Shown piece after piece: positions 14,254 through 39,903 of a DNA stretch of 64,000 nucleotides; position 1 is the stretch's first letter, and the number at the start of each line of letters is the position of its first letter. The stretch comes from Eimeria praecox (lineage: Eukaryota), in contig OY986946.1 in NCBI GenBank assembly GCA_963920595.1, positions 3,782,001 to 3,846,000 on the forward strand. Reading direction: 5' to 3'. Position numbers and translations under genes: made by a program. The notes under the pieces were generated by a model. It did not search any database. It saw nothing but the letters and a program-made list of their open reading frames with translations, and was not told the origin of the DNA.

Positions 14254-14969
14254 GAACAACAGCAGCAGGAGGAACAACAACAGCAGCAGCAGGAGGAGGT
14301 TATGATATAGGGGAAGGCGTATTAACAGAAGAAGAAGCAGAAGAAGCAGAAGAAGCTGTAGCAGTATATGGAGATAGAGCATTTCAAACCCTAAGTCGTT
14401 TACAGCTGCTACATTTATTACAAGGAGAAAATCAAAGAAGAAGAAGACTTCTAAATATAACAAGATTGTGTATGGTATTAGGATATATGTTTATCGCTAT
14501 AATGTTTATTATTATTGCTTACGGGGAGCCAATGGATATAGTAGAGAGTATATTTGGATTAGTATCTGCTAGTAGTAAGAATGAGATTATCGAAAAACAA
14601 AAGAAAGAGATAAATATATTAAAAGAAGCATTGAATAAAAGCAAAGAAAGAGGAGAGAATGCAGCAATAAGAGAAGATATATTGAGACAACAAATAGAAG
14701 AAGACCATATTAAATTAAAAAAAGAATTGGAGACATTAGAAAATAAATTAAATGATAAGGAGAAAATAGAAAAAAATCTAAGGACCATGTTAGCAGATAC
14801 ATCTGCTGCTTATGAACGCAAATATACACAACAAATAAATAATATATTACAACGATTAGAAGAAGCAGAGAGAGAGAGAGAGAAGATATCTTCAGAATTA
14901 AACGAAACGAAAGAAGCATTAGAGGCAGAACAGAAGAGAGGGAAGAGTAAGAAAGATAATAAAAAAGAT

Positions 14970-15039
<70 letters not shown>

Positions 15040-15203
15040 CAAGAAGAAAGCCAGGAGAGTTTATGGAGTTCTTGGCACATCAAACAAACACAGATCCTTC
15101 TGCTGCTGCTCCTGCTGCTGCTGCTGCTGGTGGTGGTGCTGCTGCTGCTGCTGCTGCTCCTGGGGCTGCAGGAACAGCAGAGAGCCATCTTATGCAGCAG
15201 CAA

Positions 15204-15235
<32 letters not shown>

Positions 15236-16952
15236 GCAGCAGCTGCAGCAGCAGCAGCAGCTGCAGCAGCAGCCTTCGATGGAAGCGCCAGAGTTTCATC
15301 CTTACATCGCGCCGCTTCAGCAGCAGCATACTGCTGCTATGTCTATCTCTGGTGCTGCAGCAACACATCCTGCTGCTGCAGCAGCAACACATCCTGCTGC
15401 TGCTGCTGCAGCACATCCTGCTGCTGCAGCAGCAGCACATCCTGCTGCTGTTCCTTCAATGGTTTCTGGCTCGCCTCCTTCTGCTGCAGCGTTCCCTCAT
15501 CCTGCTGCTGCTGCTGCTGCTGGAGCTGCTGCTGCTGCAGCACATGCAGCACCTGCTGCTGCTGCTGCTGCTGCTCCTGCTGCTGCAGATCACGGAGCTC
15601 ATGCGTCTCGAGTGTCTTGGCTTACACCTTCAAGTCAGCGTCAGTCTGCTGCAGCAGCACACCATCAGTCTGCTGCAGCAGTACATTATACACCTCACCA
15701 AGGAGCAACAGTTATTACGACGCAACCTACAGCAGCAGGAGCAGCAGCAGCAGCAGCAGCAGCAACAGGGCAGCTGCTGCCGCCAGGGCTGCAGCAGCAG
15801 CAACCTGGAAGTGCAGCAGCACCAGGCATGCAGCAGCAGCCTGGTGTAGGAACAGCAGCACCAAGAAAGCAGCAGCATCCTGGAGCAGCAGTAGCAGCAC
15901 CAAGGATGCAGCAGCAGCAGCCTGGAGCAGCAGCAGCAGCACCAAGGATGCAGCAGCAGCAGCCTGGAGCAGCAGCAGCAGCAGCACCAAGGATGCAGCA
16001 GCAGCCTGGAGCAGCAGCACCAGCAGCAGCACCAAGAATGCAGCAGCAGCCCGCACCAGCAGCAGCACCACGAATGCAGCAGCAGCAGCCCGCACCAATA
16101 GCAGCACCAAGAATGCAGCAGCAACCTGCAGCAGCAGCAGCAGCAGCAGCACCAAGAATGCAGCAGCAACCTGCAGCAGCACCAAGAATGCCGCAACAAC
16201 CTGCAGCAGCAGGCATGCAGCAGCAGCCTTTAGCACCAGCAGCAGCAGGAATGCAGCAGCAGCCAGGAGCAGCAGCAGCAGCAGCAGCAGCACCAGGAAT
16301 GCAGCAGCAGCAGCAGCAACAGTTGCCTAGAGCTGTATCAGGCAGGGAGGTACAGCCGCAGCAGATTTCGTTTGGTCCTTCGAATATGGGTAGAGGGCCG
16401 CAGCAGGAGAGTGGGGGGTGGCCCCCAGCAGCATCTAGCTTCCCTGTGCAGCAGCCGTATCAGCAACCATATCAGCAGCAGCAGCAGCCGCAGCAGCAGC
16501 AGCTGCAGCCGCACCAACAACCGCAGCAGCAGCTGCCGCAGCAGCAGCTGCCGCAGCAGCAGCACCAGCCGCAGCAGCAGCAGCAGCAGCAGCGGATGTT
16601 TCAACCGTTTCAGCAGCCGCAGCAGCCGCAGCAGCAGCAGCAGCAGCCGTTCCAGCCGTTTCAACAGCCTCAGCCTCAGCCTCAGCCGCCACCGCAGCAG
16701 CAGCAGCAGCAGCAGCAGCCGCAGCAGCAGCAGCAGAAGCTGTTTTCGTCGTTTAATCCATTTCAGCAGTCTCAACAACAGCAACAGCAGCAGCAGCAGC
16801 AGCAGCAGCATTCTGGCTCTCCTCTTCAACGATCAGCAACACAGAAAGAAACGAAATCGTCGGGGGGGAAGGGCTTCTTTAGAAGATTTACAGTTAGTAG
16901 AGGAGGCTCGCAGAAGAGTAGTGGAAGTAGTGACGCGAACCAGGAACACTAA
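14043..16952 (+). CDS. Hypothetical intronless ~969-aa protein: signal peptide, one TM helix, coiled coil, Gln/Ala/Pro-repeat tail
   Basis: Uninterrupted ORF from ATG 14043. N-terminal hydrophobic [29 protein letters not shown] segment LCMVLGYMFIAIMFIIIAYG; E/K-rich heptad region in non-repeat DNA (~14570-14940); AAPRMQQQ(Q)P repeats. Confidence 0.8.
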
Positions 16953-16962
16953 AATATATGCT

Positions 16963-17032
<70 letters not shown>

Positions 17033-17220
17033 TTTGCTGCAGTAGGAGGAATAACGTATTCACCAGCAGCAATTATGATGGTAAGAACAGCAATAACAGC
17101 AGCTGCTACAGCAGCAATAGGCTGCTGCTGCTACAGCAGCAGTTGCCATTGCAGCAGCAGCAATAGCAGGTGCAACAGCAGCAATTGAGGCAGCAGCAGC
17201 AGTAGTAGTTAGTAGCTGCT

Positions 17221-17252
<32 letters not shown>

Positions 17253-17370
17253 CAGACAGAGGAGGGCATATGCCAGGCAGAGCTTTGTTGCGGATTCCCT
17301 TCGCATGTGAAGCAAGGAAAACAAATGCAGAAGATATGTATATATATATATATATATATATATGATGCGA

Positions 17371-17413
<43 letters not shown>

Positions 17414-17620
17414 ACTTGATTTTATCTCTCTGACAAGGATTCAGCTTTTTGTTCGGGTGTCTGTACACCGCAGAAAAGTGGGAAAGCGAATGAAAATGAT
17501 TTTTGCAATATGTTTATGATAGATTTGAATATATTTCCTACTGTATGTACAATTGGATAAGAAGCATACAATGATGAGAGGAAAACAATTAGTTTATTGT
17601 GTTATATGAACTCCACAGGA

Positions 17621-29845
<12,225 letters not shown>

Positions 29846-29875
29846 CTTGTCATACGATCTTGAGCTGTCTGTACA

Positions 29876-29910
<35 letters not shown>

Positions 29911-30617
29911 TGCTGCAGCAGCTGCTGTCGCTGTTACTTCTGCTATTGCTGGTGGTTCTATAACGTATGTTGCTGCTTACTAGTTGCTGCTGCTGCAGCA
30001 ACTAGTTGCTGCGGTGTAGGTGTCTTGTAGCTCGATCTGCCAGGCCGCACACGGCAGCAGCAGCAGCAGCAGCAGCAGTTGCTGCTGCTGCTGCACACTA
30101 GAGGAAATTGCTATTTTGCTTCCTCTGGTGAGTTGCTGTTGCTGCAGCGGCAGCTGTTGCTGCAGCAGCAGCTCTTGCTGCTGCTGCTGCTGCAGCAGCA
30201 GCAGCAGCAAATCACTTGTAGGCGTTGCCGCTACGCCTCAGGTTAGATTGTTTGTAGCTTCGTTAGAGTAGAAGATGTTAATAAAATTTAATTTTTTTTT
30301 AATTTATTTCTTTTTTATTTATATTTTAACATTTTAAAGAAATAACAAAAGAAAAACGGAGGTTTTTCATATCAAAGAAAGCAACAGACAGACATAGGGT
30401 CACCTTCAGGTGTATCCGCAGCTCCTCAGTTGTTCACCTTCAGGTGTATCCGCAGCTCCTCAGTTGTTCTTCTCTCTTACACATCAATTTTAATTATTTT
30501 TTATAACGCAACTCATTTCGTTTTTAATACTACAAATAAGTTCTAGCGGTGTGCGCAAAAATCTCATGCTGCAGCAGCAGCAGCAGCAGCAGCAGCAGCC
30601 GCAGCAGCAGCCGCAGC

Positions 30618-30657
<40 letters not shown>

Positions 30658-31799
30658 GCAGCAGCAGCAGCAGCAGCGATGCAAACCAGCTGCCCCAACC
30701 AATATATATTCCCCCTAAAAATGGCATCAAGGGGAGGCTACCATCATATGTATAGACTTCGAAGTCTTAACAACTGCTGTTAACGCTAACATCTACCCCC
30801 TACCCTCCTACCCCATAAACCCTAAACCCTAAACCCTAAACCCTAAACCCTAAACCAAGAACTCTTGTTTGCAATTGGGATAAGGGAGGCCCGGGATCGG
30901 CTGCAGCCCCTGCAGGGGCGGTGGCCGTAGATCTGTAGTGTTTGTGAGTGAAATGATTGAAGTGTATGTGCACACCACGCAGTGTCTCATGATGTACTTC
31001 TGGGGTGTACGTACACCCGGGATTGCAGCACAAAGACACTGTGCATATGATGCGAGGAACGTGATGCTGCTGCAGCACTATTAAAATTCTTTTAACTCGA
31101 TAAGACAATAAGAAGCAGCTGCAGCGCCCCCCCCCCCTTCCCCCACCCCCACCGAGTCTGCAGGCGCCCTGTCATCAGCAGCAGCCCTCAGCTCGTCGTG
31201 GGTCTAGGGTTAACAAGGAGAGGAGACAGACACATCCCCTGTCTCGAGTTGCACCACTCCTTGCTGCTGCTCCAGCAGCAATACGAACACCCCACATGCA
31301 ATATTAAGTCGCACACACGCCTGCTACCACTTACAGTCGCATGTCTCGGCCCTCAGTAGCCACGCTGCATGCAAGTAGAAGTAAATAGAACACCTTCAGA
31401 CAGAACAAGCTGCAAAGGCTGTGAGGCTGTGGGTATTTAGGTGTATAGACGCAGATGCACGATCCTACTTATCTCCTCCCTTGCTTTATTTTTGCTCCTG
31501 GATTTAACTCTGTCTCTCTCTCCCTCTTCGCCTCACTTTGTATCCTTTTCTGTTTCTATCCGTTTTGAAACAGACTAATACACATGTTCAAGCAAAGAGA
31601 GGAGAGATGCCCATAAGAACAAAGCGAGCAGGCAAACACATGGACGTCATCCAGGAGAAGAGACATATACACAAAGTTAATTAAAAAGAAGAGGGAAGCA
31701 GCACAAACTCACACTATTCCTCTTCTAAACAAGCAAAGCCACATCTAGCAAATGCTCAGATCCAATCTGGCAGCTTTTAAGGTTTAGGGGCTAGAACTT

Positions 31800-34700
31800 A
31801 GGGACGAGGGTTTGTTGCTGCGGGGCTTTCTAATCGCATGCAGCTGTTTAACTTGTAGCAATTCATGGACACGCTATACCCAACCCAACAAACAGCAGAC
31901 GGAAAGTGTTGACTGGAGGTTAGGAAAACTTCTGAGGAGCTTTCAGGGCCTAGGGTCTATGGTTCTTGAAGGCCCTGTGCAGCTAAACCTTCTCAATGAG
32001 ATCGTAAGATGCTGTGCACCAACAGAAGCAGCTCCAGCACCAGAAGCAGCAATTGTGTTGGAGAGGGAGTGCTCGACGCTCTTGTCTCTGCCCCAAGTCT
32101 CTCTTCAGCGCCCCTCAGCATTTAGGGTTTATGACAAGGAAGAGCCTTCGGCTCTTCCCTGGCAGCACCCCTATTTGGCTGAGAGGCACACATCCGATGC
32201 CACTCAAAAGCTAACCACAAACCCTAAAGCCTAAAGATAAAACATGTAACCATAAAATTTAAACTGTAAATCATAGAAGGCAAGTCATACATGATGAAGC
32301 CGTAAGCATTAACCCTAAACCATAGACCCTAAGTTGGGTTGGCGCTGCAAACAGTAGGAGTAAGTCTTTGAGGCAATTGCGTACACTGGCGGATTTTCAA
32401 CAATTGCCTGCTGTCTTAGACCGTTCATTTAAAAGCATTTGGGATATCTGTTTTCTATGCGTGCAAGCAGCGGCAAAAGGCTAGTGACTCTCCTTCCTAT
32501 GTTAAGCAGGGTTTACACTTGTCTTTTAGGGTTAGGGTTTTTGAATTCAGCTCTAACCTCCTGTTGCGTGAGGGCAGCAAAGGAGAAGCTGACTTTCCAG
32601 TTGAATTTCCGACAGTTTCATTCTAAGGGTTTTGCTTGGATACCTCCCAACAGGGGGAAGGCACCCTTAGGGCGACTGGGTGAAGGGTTTAGGGTTAAGG
32701 CCTTGTGGCTGTGGATGTATGCGCGTAGGCCAGAGCCTAGTTTAGGGTTAAGGCCTTATGGCTGTGAGTTTATGGGCTGAGGCCACAGCGTAGGAGAAGG
32801 GTTTGGGATTAATGGCTCAAGGCGTGCACTGTAAAGTGTGAGCTTTACACTGTCGCGCTTGGAGAGAGTGAGAGACAGTCTGTCTGAGGCGAAAGCTCAT
32901 ACAGCCTGCAGCCTGCATGCAAGTAAAAGTGTGAGTGCTCATACTTTTACTTGCATGCAGGCTGCAGGCTGTCTTCAATACTTATGCATCCAGAAGAGGA
33001 AAAGCTTCACTCCCAGTGCCGTAGGTGGGTCAATAAACAACCCAGATATAGAACCATATCCCGCCACGACTTACTGGGGCTCAATCAATTTGGGGCGGGT
33101 GGTTGTCTGCAGAGGCGGCGTGCATATGCTGTGCTGGAATGTCAAGGAACACTTGCTGCAGGTGCACCGGCCTCAGCAGCTGTTACCAGGGAAGCAATGA
33201 CCCGTACAAGCACTAGCTTGTACGATTCTATGCAAAAGGCAGACTTTTAGGGTTTGATATAACAACAGGAGAAGCCTAGCAAGATAAGATCCAGCGAAGA
33301 TGGAGGCCATTTGGGGCTGGTCCTTTCCCCTGTCCGCTCACCTAGACGATCATAAACCTTTCGGTCTCGCCTCGTAATATATCATAACTACCACAACTAA
33401 TTGCCTTACCTTCACAGGATCTGCTCAAGAAAAGTAAATAGTTTATCCGGTCACCAAGCAAAGAAGAAGCCACCAGAAGCCTCATCAGACACGTGGCGTC
33501 AACTCCTGGGTACTCCCGGCGCCTGATTTGAACGGGTCCTTCTTCCTATCAACCACTGCTAGTGACACAACAGTTAGGCTGATGCTTTGCTTCAACAAGC
33601 TAACAAGTCGAAAGAGCACCAAACAATCGCCTGCCACCGCTCACGCCTTGCCGCAGAAAGAAAGCAGAATTATCTAGTGAGTGAAGAGGAGCTCTAGATG
33701 GTGTGACGAAGACGTTCAAGAATTGGGTTATAAACGAGTTGTTTGACGGCTTCTTCAGCTCGCACAGTCCGACTTCATAACTTGTAGTCAAGCATTTCAA
33801 GGGTATCAACAGTGCCGCCATTGACGCACAGCTTCCAAGGCCTTACCAGTCAAGATGTTTGCTACGCAGCTGTGCTTTTCTGTGATGATTCCCGCTAGCT
33901 TTCTATATTTTTTCATTTTACTCCTTATATGCTCAACGCAGGCGGGGTTCTTGCAAGCATTAACTACTGAGAAAAGGATACGCATTACAGCATGAATGGT
34001 GGCCCCTCGATGTAGCAAGCAAAGCGGGGACTCCGCTGATTATGCTCTCGTGTTTCCCTTCGTCAGATACTTTGCACCAAACATATTGTAGTGCTTTAGC
34101 TGACGGTGGTGAGCTCATCACAGCAGTGGACCGAATTGCTAGGTTTTCTTGCTGCTGGCTTAAGATGAGCACACCAGCAAAGGAATATATTTCCACTTGT
34201 CCCGCATCCCGGGAAGAAGAGCAACAAAATACTCTCAAACCTGAACTCGCGCAGAGTCCTTTGACTCCCAAACGGATCTGGACCGATATCTCAATGGATT
34301 TCATAGTGCGTTGATCACGAGAGTAACGAGAGTCCTTACGCTTAGCTGTGGACCCTTACGGGGTGCAATAGAGACAAAGAGCTAAGCAAATAGGTCGTAA
34401 AAAGCAGCTAACCTTCGTTCTAGTCTCGAAACCCCCCCGGCGCAATCGCTCAAGGGCCTGTGCTGATGGGTAAACGGGCAGGCAGATAATGAGCTCTGGC
34501 GCACCTTGCTGCAGCTGGTGCTGCAAGGCAGCTCCGTATGCATGCACAAGCAATGACCCTTTAGTGCATGCACTAGTACTGTAGACTGTAGTTTAGGCTG
34601 CCCTTATACTCCTAAGTGAGTCCCCTTAGCCAGCCTGCGAGCAAGTAGGGACATGAATATAAACATCGCGCATGATGCCACAAGCAGTTAGAGGTTGCTG

Positions 34701-35900
34701 TAGCAGCTATGCTTTCTTGGTTAGACGAATAAACCACAACTATGAAGGACGTTCTGAAGCTTCCTTTAGCGTAGGCGGCTTGATGTTATTGAGTTCTCAT
34801 GCCCTCCCAAGTGAGCAGGAGGGCTAGAAGCCAAAGGAGTTCGCCGTGCACATTTTGAGGCTAGGAATGTTTTGGTGCTTGCATGGACCGCGCTAACCCC
34901 CCTGCCCCCGCTTTGGCTGTCTATACACAGCTGATTCTGATCAGGACGTTTGTGTTTGGGTTGGTTTGCTTGCGCAACATACCAGCAGTTAACAACAACG
35001 CATGGCACGCATTGCTCCACCCACCAGTGATGGGCTCAGGCTGCCGAAGCGCCATGCGCTCAACGGCAGCAGCAACAGCAGCACGAAGAACAACAAAAAC
35101 CACAGCAACAACAACGGCAGAACCTCATAGCAGCAGCTGCAGTTTTAATTGAAGCAACTGCATTACAAGATGTGGAAGGCTCTACTCGCAGGCCCAAGCG
35201 GAGGTTTGGAGAGGGAAAGGAACTTCCCCCAAAGCAACAACTGATAATTTGTAGCGCAGCTCGTAGGTGTACGACTCTCTACAAACAACGATAGTAGCCG
35301 TGGTAACAACCTTTGACTAAGCGCATCTGTGTCAAGATACACCTGAGACACTCTGTCTCCAAATTGACGTAGAGTTCATCACAAGAACTTTCTCTCCTCT
35401 TTTCGGTAGCACTACTAAGAAGGGAAGTTTAGAGCATTAAGGCATTATTATAATATATTGTACTAAATGCCAGGCAGAATAATTCTTACAGAATGCAGAT
35501 CCCGGCCTTCACTCCATGTGCACTGTCTGGAGCAGGGAAGAATCTCTTCTCTGCACTCGATGGCGTACGTGTAGTGAGGGCAGGCCCTTGATCGTAGCTG
35601 ACAACAGTTGATGGGGCCAATAGAATCGAAGACCTAAGAAGAGAGACTCCAAAGAGCAGCAGCTATCCCCCCCTTCGGTCTCCGCCGTGGGTTCTGGGCC
35701 CAAAGACAGAAGGGCAAGTGGTTGATGGTGCGAAGAGACAGCAGCCTCTCACGTGCTGCAGCGGACTCTGCTGCTACTAAGACTGCGAGGCAGCCCCGCA
35801 TGCATGCTCGCATGCATGCCCCGTCAAGCCCCCTTTTGCTGCATGCACTATCACTAGAGACAGTTGTTAAACACTTCCTCAACTCTCCATAGTAAGCCTT
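31800..35900 (+). mobile_element. Degenerate Ty3/gypsy LTR retrotransposon remnant (pol: RT-RNase H-integrase); ends undefined
   Basis: Motifs in gypsy order with stops and frameshifts. RT: YRTISRHDLL..QFG, VVVCRGGVHML..KEHLLQV, DPAKMEAIWGW (~33288), FGLAS*Y. RNase H: ASDTTV (~33558), QNYLVSEEEL, VKHFKGINSAAIDA. Integrase: WLKMSTPAKEYISTC..SPLTPKRIWTDISMDFI (34150-34305), NNAWHA (~34995), NNSYRMQIP (~35480). Confidence 0.85.
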
Positions 35901-36851
35901 TTCTCTAGTAGAAGCCCATAGAAAAACATCTCCACACACAAATCACGCTATTATTATTTGTTGCTCCCGTAGGTACACAGATAAGCTGCAGGGCCCTTGC
36001 TAGGCTCCTCCTCTCCAGATTTAGTAGGGTTTAGGGTTGTATTTATATATTGTATTGTATTAGGGTTTAGGGTTTAGGGTTTAGGGTTTGGTGAGGACAC
36101 AACGAAAGCAGCAAAAAACTCAACTGCTGTGTAAGCAACTTCTTTTGAGGGTTTGGATATGCGAAGCCTTCGGGGGGTTAGGGTTTACATATAAAATTTT
36201 AAATATTAGGGTATGGGGGTTGGGGCTTTGCGAATACGATTAGGGTTTAGGGTTTAGGGTTTAGGGTTTGGGGTTTGCGGCGGGTTTACGGCCTTCGGGT
36301 CGGATAGAGTTCAACACAATTAATGCTCTTGATTTAGCTTAACAGATATTTTGCCAGAGTTTATGGTTAGGAGATTAGGGTTTAGGGTTTAGGGTTTAGG
36401 GTTTAGGGTTTAGGGTTTAAGGATCGGGGCCCTTGCACAGCAGAGCGGCTAAGGGGGCCCCCTATGCATGCAGCATTGCTTTTGAGGGTTTAGGGTTTAG
36501 GGTTTTGGGTTGCGTGTTTTTTCGTATTGAAGTATAAAAGAAAAAAATATAATTAGGGTTTAGGGTTTGGCACGTTGGGGGGCTGCTGAGCTTCCCACCA
36601 CCAACTCTATTACCTGGCGCCTTCGGGCTAAACCCTAAACCCTAAACCCTAAACCCTAAACCCTAAACCCTAAACCCTAAACCCTAAACCCTAAACCCTA
36701 GGTCCGGCTCTCTGAGGTTGAAGGTCTATCTTTTCGCAATTGGGCGGTAGGGCCTGTCCGCTGGGCGGCCTTGGCCTTAAGACCCCAAACCCTAAACCCT
36801 AGAAACCCTAAACCCTAAACCCCAGACTAGGGTTTTATATCAAACCTCAAG

Positions 36852-39800
36852 ATGAGGGGGGGACGCGAAAGAGATCCTAGGGGCCCCTCTTCTAATTTGG
36901 GGGCCCCCGAGGGGCCCCCAAAGGAAGGCTTTGAAGGCGAAGGGTGGGAGTGGACGGGTGATAGAGGAGACGGAGGAGGAGACAGAGAAAGAGGAGACAG
37001 AGAAAGAGGAGACAGAGATAGAGGAGACAGGGGAGGAGATAGAGGAGACAGAGGAGGAGATAGAGGAGACAGAGGAGGAGATAGAGGAGACAGAGGGGGA
37101 GACAGAGGGGGAGACAGAGGAGGAGACAGAGGAGGAGACAGAGATAGAGGAGAGAGAGGAGACAGAGGAGGAGATATAGGAGGAGATAGAGGAGAGAGAA
37201 GAGATAGAGGAGACAGAGATAGAGGAGGAGACAGAGACAGAGGAGGAGACAGAGACAGAGGAGACAGAGATAGAGGAGGAGACAGAGATAGAGGAGGAGA
37301 CAGAGAAAGAGGAGGAGACAGAGAAAGAGGAGGAGACAGAGGAGAGGGGGGTTTGTACAGCAGCGATGGCTTCTCTGTCTCTGGGCCTCCACAAGATATA
37401 AAGAGAGACACCAAAAGAAGTAGAGATAGAACAGTGTGGGGCCGAGGAGACAGTATAAAAGGAGACAGTATAAAAGGAGACAGTATAAAAGGAGACAGTA
37501 TAAAAGGAGACAGTAGAATAGGAGACAGTATAAAAGGAGACAGAGGGGCAACAGAGGATAAATCTAATCGTTTAGGGTTCAAACAAACAATTAACAGAGA
37601 TAGAACACGTTCCAACAAAAAAAAAGATAGAGATATATTCAAAATAAACACAAACCCTAAAGACAGTCAAGCTATTAACCTAAACCCTACAAACATCCCC
37701 ACACTTCATTCAGAACCCCATACAGATTTGATGGTTAGACAAACCCTAAACCCTAAACCCTAAACCCTCGGCAAACCCCAAAGTATACATAGCGCAGACG
37801 TGCAGAGACAGGGCATCATGAGACACCGTAGAGGCTTAGGGTTTAGGGTTTAGGGTTTACGGTTTAGGGTTTAGGGTTTGGTTGGGTGTACAGACTTCAC
37901 ACTCTTGGCGGCGGGCCAATGAAGAAGACAGCTCTCAACATCCCCCTCAAGGATGGGTAAATCCTAAACCCTAAACCCTAAACCCTAAGGGCACCGGCTG
38001 CGAAGTAGCGTCAAGAGCGTCATGAACTAGGGTTTAGGGTTTAGGGTTTTGTGGGTGTGTGTGTCTGTGTGTGCCGCAGGAGGAAGACGGAGATACAGAC
38101 CCCTCAGGTCCACAAGCTAGGGTTTAGGGTCTTGCTAGGGTTTGGGGTTTAGGGTTTAGGGTTTGGAGGGCACCGTTAGGTTCGAGGTTTTGTTAGGTTT
38201 TACGCCTTTTTAGGGCTTAGGGTTTAGGGTTTGGGGCTGCCCTAGGGTTTATGGTTCTCCTTAGGTGAAGGTTTTACAACGAACGTGACGCAGCTTAGGG
38301 TTTAGGGTTTAGGGTTTAGGGTTTAGGGTTTGCTAGGATTTAGGGTTTAGGGTTTTGGGCTTATATGCGCGCAGGGTATACAGGGGGACCTGGGGCTTTA
38401 GAAGGTACAAGCAGCGGCCGTCGTAGGCGGGTGGGTTTTCGAGGGTTTAGGGTTTAGGGTTTAGGGTTTAGGGCTTAGGGTTTAGGGTTTGGAGAAGACT
38501 TTGTGCTGCACGTTTAAACCTCGGGGTTAAGTAGGGTTTAGGGTTTAGGGTTTCGCACACCCTCGTTGTATGTGTTAAGGGTTTACTAGGGTTTAAGATT
38601 CATTAGGGTTTATGATATTGTGTTTTCTCAGGATGGGGCCTCTGGGAGAGGGGGGGGAGGAGGGGGGCCCCCCACACATGGTCAGGGGGCCCCCCCAACA
38701 TCTTTGGGTTCTCCAAGGTGCTCGGGGGGCCCCTATACAGGAGAGGGATTGCAGCAGCAGCCGGGGGCGATGAGGGCGCGCTGTCCTCTCCCTTCACAAG
38801 CAGCTCTAGCAGCAGAGGCCCTTGGAGGGGGAGGGGGGGGCCCCATGGGGGGCCCCCCAGGCAGACACTCGCAAGGTGAGAGATGCAGACACAGCAGATT
38901 GCTGTCAACCCCCCTGAAAATTTAGGGTTTAGGGTTTAGGGTTTAGGGTTTAGGGTTTGGGGTGTATGTACAGGTCGCGGGAGGGGAAACTGGATGCCCT
39001 TTGGGGGCCCCATGGGTCTTCGCCATCCTTTCGGACCCATGGGGGGCCCTGGTATGCCTCCATTCATGCCTATGGGGGCCCCTGGGGGCCCCCATGGGCC
39101 CCCGGGGCCCCCGGGGGCCGGCGTACCCCTTGGGGGGCCCCCTATGGGGACCTACCCAGGGGGCCCCAACGGCCTACCTCCCCCAATGGAGGGGCCCCCA
39201 CCAAGTGGGGGGCCCCCGTTTGTTGACCCTGTTGGGGGGCCTCATGGAGCCGGTCCTCATGGGGGGCCCCATGGGGGGCCCCATGGGGGGCCCCATGGGG
39301 CCCCCCCCGGGCAGCACATGCATCCCCCTCCTCCCCCATTCATGCGGGGGGCAGGGGCCCCCCATAGCCCTTCAATGGGCCCCGAAGGCCCAGCAGCTGC
39401 AGCAGGAGAGATGCAGCCTAGGCTGATGGGTCCTCAGATGGGGGGCCCCCCCCCTATGGGTATTGACCTAGGGGGCCCCCACCCTCGAGGGGGGCCCCCC
39501 ATGTTCATGCCGCAGCACATGCATATGCAGGGAGGCCCAGGGATGCCGCCTCCTCCCCCTCCTGAGGCCTTTGGCATGCAGGGTTTGTCTCCGGAGTGGA
39601 TGGGGGGCCCCCCTGGGGGGGGGCCCCCTGTGGGGCCCCACATGGGCGGCGGGCCCATGGGGCCCCTCATGCCGCAGCAGCAATCAGATATGCACGCTGC
39701 AGCAGGAGACCCAGCAACAGCAGCAGCAGTAGCAGCAGCAGCTGCAGCAGCAGCAGCAGCAGCAGCAGGGTACAATCCTGCGGAGGCATCACTAAGGGTT

Positions 39801-39865
39801 GGAGATTCTGGGGGGCCCCCTTTGGTGCGTCCAGCAGGGCCCTTAGGGGCCCCCCACCACGACCT

Positions 39866-39903
<38 letters not shown>

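Noticed and set aside
30836..31108. 90-aa minus-strand ORF or box C/D snoRNA (several TGATG)
   Set aside because: No recognisable protein motif, and no complete RUGAUGA plus CUGA pair with a terminal stem.
31121..36100. LTR pair, PBS, PPT or chromodomain of the retrotransposon
   Set aside because: No matching direct repeats were found by eye, and 35550-35950 is too degenerate to call a chromodomain.
36608..36630. TTACCTGG resembling the U1 snRNA 5' end
   Set aside because: The match is only 8 nt and is followed by telomeric repeats, with no U1 stem-loops or Sm site.
38265..38405. VKVLQRTVY read as an Nrd1/Seb1-like RRM entry motif
   Set aside because: That frame does not continue into an RRM and does not join the downstream Pro-rich frame.
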